NCBI GenBank assembly: GCA_034780895.1
Contig: JAUZTB010000057.1
Location: 29,879,313 to 29,943,312, forward strand
Length of the DNA stretch: 64,000 nucleotides
Direction: 5' to 3'
Origin: Rhynchobatus australiae
Lineage: Eukaryota
Each line of letters opens with the position of its first letter. Position 1 is the first letter of the stretch. Below the pieces are notes generated by a model. That model did not search any database and was not told where the DNA came from. It worked only from the letters and a program-made list of their open reading frames with translations. Positions 33,501-64,000 of the stretch are shown here, piece by piece. The position numbers and the translations under genes were made by a program.

Positions 33501-36500
33501 TTTTCCTTTTCAAACCATATTGGACTGACCAAGAGTGATTAGTTCACTTACAGAATATTTTGCTTACAGAAAATTTTATTGACGTATCCTTGTTTTCAGT
33601 GAAAATGTTGAGTTTCCTTTGTCGTTTTACTAGAGAGGACAACATTTAGTGAAAAGCCAGTAATTGAGCTGGAACAGTGGATTGATCGCTATACCGAGCA
33701 ACTTCCACCACTGACTAACTTCATCTTACCGGTATGTATGTTGTACCGGTCTCTGTTGTACTCAGTCTTTTTGTGTGTCATGATATCCTTGCTTCACTCT
33801 TGAAATAGCTTGGTAAATACTGTTAAATCTACCATATGCAATGGAAAAGGGTACAATGAGTGTAGACTAATCATGCATCAGTTGGACATACCATGAAAAT
33901 AATTTGAAAAAGAAATGCATTGGACTGGGCTTTAAGCACAGAGCAATTCCAGAGCTGAGCCAGAAATCTTGGGAATGGAGCACTTTTTGTTTGGTTCCTC
34001 AAACATTGTTACAAGTTTGTAGCAACAGCGAGCAGAGTGTAAATGGCAAAAAGTATTCAACAGTGCACTTCCACACATTCCTTATGTATTAATTGGGGAG
34101 AACTAAGCAGGAGCCAGATATTGCCCCTTAACCTTGAACTGCTTGGATGCTGTTTCTGGAGTAATATAAAATTATCCCCCTCCCATGCAAAAAGTGGGAG
34201 AAATGCCAAAGGTGCATCCATAAGTATGGCAAAGCAACTCCTGTTTAATCTCTCATGACTTTAACAGCACATCTGAGATCCAGTACAGACTGAAACTGCT
34301 GCATAGGGGATGAAATTCTGTTTACAATCTAATATATTGAATTGGCTGAACATAACCCTTTGTTTTTGCAGTCAGGAGGAAAATGCAGTGCAGCCCTGCA
34401 CTTGGCACGATCGATCTGTCGCAGGGCAGAGAGGAGGTATGTTAATGAGTATTTCTTGTACTGCACATCAGTGTTTGAGTTGCACTTGTTTGTGCTTTAG
34501 ATTTGGGTGCAGGTGCCCATATAGTGAATATAAATGCTAAGAGGAATTGTAGTGGGAAATGCTGCATAATCTTAAGCATTGTATTTTAAAGTGAAAACCT
34601 CAATGGGCAGTCTGTCCTAATTTCACTCATGTAGCCTTGCTCTGGATAAGTAGAATGAATACTTTGGCTAAAATTGTATTGGAATTGAGTGGAAAAGCTT
34701 CTTTATTTGCCATATTAATTTTACTAACTTCAAATTTGTGTGGTAGTGGACGCTATGGAAATTATCCATAGCGCCTCAATTCTTTCCCTTGGCCTTCATA
34801 ATTGAAATGTACCTGTAGAGCCATAATTTGCAATGGGGCCAGGAAGTGGAGTAACCTTAATAGCACAGTTTTTGACTGGCATATGATGGACAGTGGCCTT
34901 CTGTGCTGTGTATGGTTATCCAACAGGATTGGCTTAGAAAGGAAGAATATCCCTGTTAATCTTTGGATAAATTGTCTATATTTATAGATGAAGAATTGCC
35001 ATTTGGAATGGCTGGAGATGAGCTGATAAAATTATACCCCAATGCAAATCAAGTCTTTGGATTGCTTGGAGCAATTTTAGAATGTATATTTTTTAAAGGA
35101 GTATAAATTTTCATAATGTGGAGCTAGCAATATAGTATTGGGGCCACTATTGTTTTGAGGTATAATTTGGTGCATTTAATCACAAATATGATTGGCACAT
35201 AAACCAAAGCTGCAGAATTTGTATGCAATCATCCCTTCCAAAGTACCAGCCAAAGAAAGGCACTTGGATTTTAGTGGTTAATCATTTTCTTTTTCTATTG
35301 TGTGAGCCTGCACCGATAAGAATGAAGCAAGAAAGAAATCAAAAGGACAAGGTCCCATCTCCTGATTGCACCCCATGCTGTCTTGATTTCTCTTAATACT
35401 TCCTTCTTCCTTGTGACCTCTTCCATTCATCTTTATGATGGTGATTGAGGTACAATAGAACCCAGGGGCAAGGGGTGCTTTCTCTCATCTCATGATAAAT
35501 TTCAGCCTTTATGCACTTTTTAAATTCTGAATGTTTTCTCCATCAGCATGATCTCTATTGTACGAGCTGGGGAAGCTGACCGTAATGCTGCAAGATATCT
35601 TAACAGGTAAACTAATTTTGGTAAACTAGTTAATCTATATCTAGACAAAAAAGGCAATTCATTTCCGATCTGAAATGTACTGGAGTATTTGGTTTGCACA
35701 AGGAAAGGCAGAGTAAACAAGGAAAAGATAGTGTACTTGGTAACTGCTTCCCTCCTGCCCTTCTGGTGGGGGTGCAATAATGGATGAGTGGGGTTTTGTA
35801 GCTTTCGTGCTTAGGATTGAAATATTTTGCAGTTTTCAACAAGCCATAACCCTATCTAATTGTTACCACTTCCAGGGAACTATATATTGGCATCCTAAAT
35901 TGTCATGCAAACTGCCCTTACAATATTTATAGACTTCTGTTCAAAGGTGTGATCAATTTGGGGTTTTACTGTAGCCCTGTATCAACTAGAAACCAGACTT
36001 GAATGTATCCTGTTGCTTTCCCTTGCATCTCACTGATTTTAAGCAGTGAAATAATTGATTATTTTCTGATTTGGAGACACGAGACTGCAGTTGCTGGAAT
36101 CTGGAGCAAGTCTGCTGCTGGAGGAAGTCAGCAGGTTAAGCAGCTTTTGGGGTGGGGGAAGAAGAATTGTGAAGTGAAGAGGGAGGATACCTGGTATGAA
36201 GAGAAGGGGAGGGGGTGAGAGGGACTGGCAAGTGACAGGTGGACTGAACCATCCCTCAGTCTTGAAACAATGTGGACGGATCCTCTTTCTCCACATGTAC
36301 ATGCACCTTGACCCACTGGTTCCTCCAGCATTTTTTTTGCATCACATTCTGATTTTTCTCATTATTATTGTCAAAGCACTGGTTAATGAACCAGATTGTT
36401 TGAATTATCACCAAACTGAGATTAAAATTGAAATGTGGGGAAATTGCATTTTCCTTAACAATGCAACTTCCTCCACTTCTGCAATGGAAGAGATGTCAAT

Positions 36501-36658
36501 CTAGAATACTCTACTCTGCTGCAGTGATTACCATCCTCAGGATTGACCTGTTTCTTCACAGGCTAAGTGACTACCTGTTCACATTGGCACGATATGCTGC
36601 CATGAAAGAAGGCAAAAAGGAGCATATTTACAAGAGGAGAAATGACTCTTCTACATAG
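21420..36658 (+). CDS. MMAB: Mitochondrial ATP:cob(I)alamin adenosyltransferase (cblB), spliced gene span; exon 5 not visible
   Basis: PduO-type motifs [27 protein letters not shown] and [14 protein letters not shown]; Arg-rich N-terminal presequence; GT-AG exons. Confidence 0.96.
22770..22967 (+). mobile_element. LTR-like repeat, copy 1 (runs into a gap)
   Basis: Begins TGTTGGATTCGACTG and aligns over about 200 bp with 26011-26205. Confidence 0.75.
23722..24063 (+). mobile_element. V-SINE (HE1-type) with CR1-derived 3' tail
   Basis: B box GAGTTCAATCC, GTGGAGTTTGCATGT core, tail GGGCCTGTTTCCATGCTGTA...ACTCTA shared with the CR1 ends in this window. Confidence 0.8.
25670..25910 (-). mobile_element. 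V-SINE, same family as 32192-32450
   Basis: GGGAGGAAACCGGAGCACCCAGAGGAAACCCAC is the reverse complement of the V-domain; both copies share the tail. Confidence 0.8.
26011..26445 (+). mobile_element. LTR-like repeat, complete copy 2 (435 bp)
   Basis: TGTTGGAT...ATCCAACA termini (TG..CA with inverted ends), ATTGG boxes, TATAAAA near 26217, AATAAA near 26357. Confidence 0.8.
27477..27538 (+). CDS. MMAB: MMAB exon 2
   Basis: [20 protein letters not shown], 62 nt. Confidence 0.95.
27827..28335 (-). mobile_element. Rex1/Babar-like LINE 3' end
   Basis: Translation [23 protein letters not shown] and an AATAAACCAATT tail; homologous to 62150-62476. Confidence 0.75.
28607..28700 (+). CDS. MMAB: MMAB exon 3
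   Basis: [30 protein letters not shown], 94 nt. Confidence 0.95.
29626..29683 (+). CDS. MMAB: MMAB exon 4
   Basis: [19 protein letters not shown], 58 nt. Confidence 0.93.
30524..30996 (-). mobile_element. MITE, same family, reverse orientation
   Basis: TA-CAGTAAAACTC ... GAGTTTTACAG ends; GCCTTTAAA repeats at 30790-30830. Confidence 0.55.
31570..32920 (+). mobile_element. CR1 LINE reverse transcriptase / 3' region, interrupted by a SINE
   Basis: [25 protein letters not shown]...[16 protein letters not shown] and TRGHGFKV...RGRFFTQ; frameshifts and stops. Confidence 0.92.
32192..32450 (+). mobile_element. tRNA-derived V-SINE inserted into CR1
   Basis: A box TAGTGTAGTGG, B box GGTTCGATTCC, V-domain-like TGGGTTTCCTCTGGGTGCTCTGGTTTCCTCC, A-rich tail. 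Confidence 0.8.
33634..33731 (+). CDS. MMAB: MMAB exon 6
   Basis: [32 protein letters not shown], 98 nt. Confidence 0.95.
34372..34436 (+). CDS. MMAB: MMAB exon 7
   Basis: [21 protein letters not shown], 65 nt. Confidence 0.95.
35547..35606 (+). CDS. MMAB: MMAB exon 8
   Basis: [19 protein letters not shown], 60 nt. Confidence 0.93.
36562..36658 (+). CDS. MMAB: MMAB exon 9 (to stop)
   Basis: [34 protein letters not shown] at 36656-36658. Confidence 0.95.
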
Positions 36659-38502
36659 AGAAGATGGGGCAGCTCTCGTTTGCTGATCTGAATAGAACTT
36701 TTATTATACTGTTGTAAATACATTTTTTTCTTTGCATAAGTGGCAAAGTTATTAGGAGTTTTTAAATGGTGTCTTGCTTTGTTTCTGATTCTTGGAGATT
36801 GATGCTATTTGGGCTGAGACTACATCCATGTTTTCGGAAGAATGGATTTTTGTCACCGCTTTTATTTAGTGCAGCTGATGGCGAAAGTCATGTGCTGTCA
36901 ACTGTGCCTTTATATAAAAGCACTTTAATGGACAATCTTTTAATCCTGGGACTTTGGATGGAAAGCTGGGCAAAGACTATCATTGTGCATTAAATCTATG
37001 CCGAGTTAAATTTGTTTACATGGGATTTATTGTACAACTAGTTAGCATTCCAGCAGTTGTTCTTTTTTTTCCCTGTACTGGAAAATTTACCATTTAAAAC
37101 TTAAAGAAATTGATTAAAAGTAGCTGCTTAGTGTAGGCATGGGTCAGAATGGTAAGTCGGTCTCAGATCAAAGGGGTGGGGAAGGGAAATAGCTTTAACT
37201 CAAAAGTGCAGGATTTCTCCATAGTACATTAGAAAAATCATCTACTGATATTATTAGCCTTCTACATTTGAAGTTGGGCTTTGAATCATTGAGACAGTTG
37301 AATTTTTGGTACTCTGACTCTCATCACCACATTGAGTGCTTTTGCAATGTGACAGTTTTCAAGTTCCCTCATCAGTTTTTGTGTGGCCTGAGATGCTCAA
37401 TTCAGTACTTCAGTACTATTCCAAATTAATTGAGATGTGATAAACTCCAATCCTTCTCTGTTAGAGATGCATATTAACAATTTTTGCAGGTCTTTTGAAA
37501 ATATAATGTAGACTCAATTTCTGAGTCTTTTATCCATGACCTGTTTTTCTTTTCCCTTGTTCTGAACATAGAACTGCATAGGACAGGTGACCTATTCAAA
37601 AATTTTATGGCAAACTGCTGGGGGTTGGGTAGTAATGCAGGACTGGAGCACCTTTTGCTCTCTAATTTGAGATATTGTATTAAGTTCTACAGTTAGTACA
37701 ACCTATTTAGAAATAGATAAAATATTGGATACATCAACTGAAAGGGGGCAGTGTGTGGTGTGAGGATAGGAGCAGGGAACCTGCTTAACACTTGAGAAAA
37801 TCCTTCATTTTTGGATATTCAGATTTTTGCAGATAATTCTGGTTATTTGCTTTAGCCCATTAAATCCCAATCAGTGTTATTTGTTGGCTGGCAAATCTTT
37901 TAGTGTCAGTTCATTACCAAGGTCTCCCTGTGAGGCTTTCATTTTCTGACTTGTGTTGAATTGAAAGTGAATTAAAATCCTGGGTTCTAAATAAACATGC
38001 TATTTAAAAAAAAAAGTGACTTGTTAAATATGTTGGGAAAATGGATACTTTTGAAGTGCTGGAGCTATTTCTAATAACTGCCATTATTAGAAAAACCTAT
38101 TCACCTGGCTGTACTGAAACAATTTGTTGATGTGTGCTTAAAATTCTGCAGCAGCTCTTAAACACTAACAATCTTAGATTTCCTTTGTCATAAGTTTCTG
38201 TACTATGGTCCAATTGGTAACTACATTAATGAAAACTACTTTACAAATATCTGGTAGCAAATGCTCCTTGGTTATTGAAACCCAAATATTGGAACATGAG
38301 TAATTGTGGGCTTGCTGAATGGAGTACCTAATCCTGTGTGTCTGATGAACTGCAGGGTGGGTGCTGCTGTACTTTGAATTAGAGATTGAAATGTATGTTT
38401 CCATTAGATAAGAGTAATAGGGTTGCTGATATCAAGATGTTGAAAATTCATTCAAGAGTAAGAAATGTAGCCTGTAGTAATGGGCAAACCTGTAAGCTAT
38501 TC

Positions 38503-38894
38503 CTGTCTTGGCTACTTGCATAAGGTCAAAAGTGAGATATTTTAAATTTGTCAATTTTAAAATTGACAAAATCACATTCACAGCCTTGTTTCCCATATTT
38601 GCAAATTAGTGCTGAGTTTCTTGACAGGACCACTTTACATCATTATCTCAAGCTTTAGTCCAAACTTAAACCAAAGTACTGAATTAAAAGTTGAGTGTGA
38701 CTGCCTTTGCTATCAAGGCAGCACTTGACTGGCATTAAAGAGACCTGTTTTCAAATAAAAAACCCTAGCAGTTAATTATCCAAGCCTCAAGCTTACTATA
38801 GGGGTTCCCCACACTGGTGTTCTACCCCCCCCAAACAGCTTTTACTGTCTTGGCTACTTTACTTGCATAAGGTCAAAAGTGAGATTTTAATTTG
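38503..38894 (+). repeat. About 48-bp direct repeat pair plus a 24-bp perfect palindrome
   Basis: CTGTCTTGGCTACTT..GCATAAGGTCAAAAGTGAGAT at 38503 and 38845; TTTGTCAATTTTAAAATTGACAAA at 38547-38570. Confidence 0.85.
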
Positions 38895-41800
38895 CAATAT
38901 TTTCAGTTGCATTGGCAGTATCTTGGCAACTAAAGTTTTCTTAGACTTGCATGTAGCAAGACTTTGATGGCATTTAGGCATGGGTTGATGTGTAGTAAGT
39001 AGCATTTGTGCCAGGCAGTGGGCAACTCCAATGAGTCTGAATACCTACCTTAAAGATCAATGGTGTTTACCATTACTAAAATTCCCCCACTGAATATCCT
39101 GGGATTCATTATTGACCCGAACTCAACTTGACCAGATACAGTGTCTGTAAGTACCCTTAACAATTGTGTCCTTTTATATAGGATAGTGAACCTCTAGGTG
39201 AAGAGGAACATCGATGATTAAATACTTTTTCCAGTGCAACAGTACAGCTTTCAACTACTGTAGAAAAATCTTTTCACTCCTGAGGTACTGATTTTTTTTA
39301 AAAAGCTTAGTTTACCAGACAGCAGTGATTTTAGTTTTTCCCTGCCACCTTGTACACTTCAGTTGGTTACACAGAGAGACAATTTCAAGGATACTTGCAA
39401 CACTGACTAGAAAAATGTAACATGCTTGACATCCTGTCTGGATCTTTGGCCCTTGACTGCTCAAACTGGAGCATCAGCATCCAATCTGACACTAAGAACT
39501 AAATCCCCTTTAGGAGCATGTAGAAACCTGGTGAAAACTAGAGAGCTCCTCTGTACCTGCAGGTCCTGTCGAATACCACCTATCCCATATGTAGCAGTCT
39601 GAGGATCCCACATTGTCCTCGTCAGCAGAACTGGCAAATCCTTAAACCTTAGGGGACTGTCTAAGAATAATGCCACTACTTTTAATACCTTTTGCATAAT
39701 GTGGAGACACTGGATACAGGTCAGCCATGACTGAGTAGCAGTAAAGGCTTGAGGCTGAATAGATTATGCTCATCCCTATGTAAAAGGGAAATGTGTTGTT
39801 CTGTAGCTGAGAACTAGAAAAGGCTGTCCTGAAGAAATTAAATTCAAAGAATCTTGTATATTGGTCAACCTCACCAGCTGTTAAACTGTTGGGTGGCTTG
39901 ATTTTTTTTGCAGGATGAGCAGACTTTTTTTAATATAAAGCTGCCTGATTACTAGCTTCATCTGCACCCTAGCACATCTGAGAAGCAGTGCGCACACATC
40001 CATGCCATTAGGACCAAATCCATTAGCATCCATTCATCATTCTGTTGAAACCATCCATCGACTTGTCATCTCTTCAGACTAGTCAAAAAAGATGAACTTT
40101 GGTGAGTTTTGATCTAGAATACAAAGATTCAGTTATCAATGTGGGGCTAATCTATATTGTGCAAATATGATTGGTGAAAGACATTTTATAGCTTTAGACA
40201 CATTGAGTAGCAAAAAGGTTTTCAAAAAAAATCTAGGGAGAGGGGAATTTGCAAATGGCACAGTAAATAAAATGGCTATAATTCGTAGAAGTTTTTTTGG
40301 AGCACAACTTGCAAATTGAAAGAATGACACCCTTCTTAAAAGGATATTTTAAATTTGTACATCAAGACTATCAGAACTCTTAAGTAGATCATTTGGTTAT
40401 GGTTTTGCTAATTTTGATGGGAGGCAGTAGCCTGATTTTAATCCACCCAAGCTGAACCTTCACTAAGAGTATTCACTACATAACAACAGGTTGCTCCAAC
40501 TGGTTGTTGACAAACACATTGGTGGAAGTTAAAGTTCTATCACAAAGCAGTGAGTGTTTTGCTTGGAATGTAAANNNNNNNNNNGTAAATATTTCATGTG
40601 CCTCAAAAACATTTAGTTTCCTAAGGCCACACTTCAACAATTTGTTCTGTATTTGTTTTATTTTACTTCTAGTAGATCAATTACAGGCAATTACTATAAT
40701 GTTTTTTTTAACTTTACTAATAGTGTCCTAAACTAATGTGATTTCTAGCCCTAGCACAGCAGCTGTTGACCTCTCTTACTTAATTGAATTTAATGATTGC
40801 AAAATAACCAGTGTTAAAACTAATCTGGTTTGCTAATGTCCTTTTTTTAAGGGAGTTTTTCTGGTCTCTGACTCAAGTCCACTGAAACAGACACTAGCCT
40901 GTTACCAAGATGTAGGATCCACTTGGTTGGAGTCATTCAAGGTGGCAGCTTCCCACCTTAGGTAGGAGGCAATTAAGGATGGATAACCATAGCTTGATTT
41001 GTTCCTGGAATCCCCATTAGTTTTTGTTCATTAATTCACCTTTTGAACTCTATTTTGAAATGCACTAATTCAAACCTAAAGAATAACTTGACAATGTTGT
41101 GAAAGGAAATGACTCAATCTCTCAGCCCAATTTTGTGGTTGTGCTTTGTATTCTGATTAGTTGATCTCCATTTATGGTATGTTAATCCAGTGTGATATCC
41201 AAAGTCTCAAACAGATTCTGAATTAAAAAAAGTAGGGAGCTTTTTAATGGATAAACCAGCTTAAAATATACAGTCAATGCCTGACATTCACAGGCTAGTC
41301 ATAAATTACTTTTATATAGTAAAATTTTCTAACTTGCTATTCAAAATAGTTAATATTACACAAATCTTATTTCCTGAAATAAGCTAGACCATGCAGTTGT
41401 CAAATTATCTGCATCAAAGTCCATTAAAAAGGTTATTTTACATTAAATAGACTAATTGCTACAAATGATGAAAAAGAAAATAAAATGAATGCTGCCTTTA
41501 AGTAAAGATAAACCTGGAATCCTTCCCAAAATACTTGTGATTTAGTGGCTTGTGAACATTTGGAAAATTCCACATTATTTTACTAAGTGAAACCTGAATA
41601 AAGGAAAATAAAATTGACAATCTGGTGTTTGCCACATGCTAAAACAGGAATCAGTATTAGAACTTGCTACATCCTCTATCAATGAAATTTTTTTAGATCA
41701 GGTAGCAACTTCATATCAGCAAAGTAGGGATGAATTTTAAAAAGGTGCTTATTAATTTTGTGCATTGATTCATCACTGTCTACATTTACAAAATAACTGC

Positions 41801-42192
41801 TATTTCAGGTTTGTCTTGAATGCTAATGAAAAGAACAAGATCTTGCTTGACCTTCACTTTCATGACTGATTCTGCACTATTTCCTCAGCTTTGTAAACAT
41901 GCACTTCTAGCCTTCAAGGAATATTTGGTGAAGTAATTTATCACATCTATATTGTGATAGTGTACACTTAAATTATAAAATTTCCTAGAACATTCTGATC
42001 TTGGATGTATATGGTAAGTATTAATATTCTTAAGCTCTTAGATGCCCTGAATTCTGTTGGCAATGGATTTAAATCTTCAGAATTTTAATTGGATAGTGAA
42101 GGGAGCTTAGTCATTCAGCTATACCCTGAAACACTTCATGGTTTCAAAGATCCATTACATAAGGTATATAAGCAACCATGTCCTTTTTAGAG

Positions 42193-63058
<20,866 letters not shown>

Positions 63059-64000
63059 CTGGATCAGTTGGGCAGATTTAAATTAAAACAAAAAGCCAAA
63101 GTTAAAAATTAACAACCATTTGAGTCAATAATCAAAGAATATTCTGTTCTGGAATCCAAAGATAAGCTTAGTTCACCTCTCCTCCATTTTCTTCTTGTTT
63201 TCCCTGCATACATTAGGCTATAGTTTGATAAGTAACTCCAGCAAGAACCAGCCGGTAATCCAACAACAAAAATCATAATTCACAGTCAGTGACTTTCACT
63301 GGAAAACTGCTTGAGCGAGTAAAGAGCTTTTTTCCTTCCTGAATACCCCCGAGATGCTAAGATCAACTATACTATTCCGGCCTTAATAAGACAGGGATAT
63401 TTAAACTTGGGTCTCTGTCAATTAAGATTCCTGGTTTTTAAATCTTCACAATCATTTAACACAAAAGTGAGTCCAGATATTCTCTCATTTCAGAACAGAG
63501 AAAACAGGAGCCTACTCAGTAACCGAGAGCATTGGGGTACTTGGCATGCCCAGCTTTCTTTACAGGATCTGCACAAGTAATATAAAACAAAGACAGCTTT
63601 TGCAAAATTAAAGCAACATTTTGAGCATGACCTCGAATAAGCAGATATCACTGGAACACTCACCCAGCAAACAAAGTGTATGGCTCCCCTCCAAGCACAC
63701 ACAGATATCACTGCACTGCTCATCTCGACTTAAAAACAGGATGAATTTTCGTAGCAGCTCATGGGAATGGATCGTAGACATGCACTAAACAAAAAGAGAC
63801 AATTCAGGCCTGGTGAGAACTGGGAGAGAGTATCTAGAGGGAGTACATGGTGTAACAATGTTTTAAAAGGTATTTTCACACTGCACCTCATTCGGCTCAG
63901 ACATCCTCACAAATCACTCTGACTAGTAATTCCCTTGAACTGTGCAACACTTGTTAAAACACTGTGCAAAAGGTCTATGTATCTATCTTGAAATGAAATA

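Noticed and set aside
36659-42192. PolyA signals for MMAB (ATTAAA 36989, AATAAA 37990 and about 38754) and UBE3B
   Set aside because: Several candidates in AT-rich DNA; the used site cannot be chosen without 3'-end data, so none is reported as a feature.

Overview
Vertebrate genomic DNA, AT-rich and intron-dominated, with several N gaps. The repeat landscape (CR1, V-SINE/HE1-type, DeuSINE-like, Penelope-like, Rex1, RTE) points to a cartilaginous fish; this is an inference. Three spliced genes were reconstructed by hand. MVK (mevalonate kinase) is on the - strand with a non-coding exon 1 and 9 coding exons; its last exon lies off the left edge. MMAB (cob(I)alamin adenosyltransferase) is on the + strand with 8 of 9 exons visible; exon 5 is probably in a gap. 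UBE3B (HECT E3 ligase) is on the - strand with 17 3' exons through the stop codon. MVK and MMAB are head-to-head across a CpG-island promoter with six CCAAT boxes, and MMAB and UBE3B are tail-to-tail, the same arrangement as human 12q24. Most ORF-track entries are spurious, gap-spanning or transposon remnants. I found no convincing evidence of a wholly new biological system. The most notable oddities are a UBE3B intron ending in AT instead of AG with no in-frame rescue, a GC-AG intron, a pair of LTR-like repeats with a 4-bp TSD enclosing non-coding DNA in MMAB intron 1, a templated-insertion scar in an MVK intron, a MITE family carrying a 35-bp minisatellite, and unusual start-codon and uORF layouts at the shared promoter.
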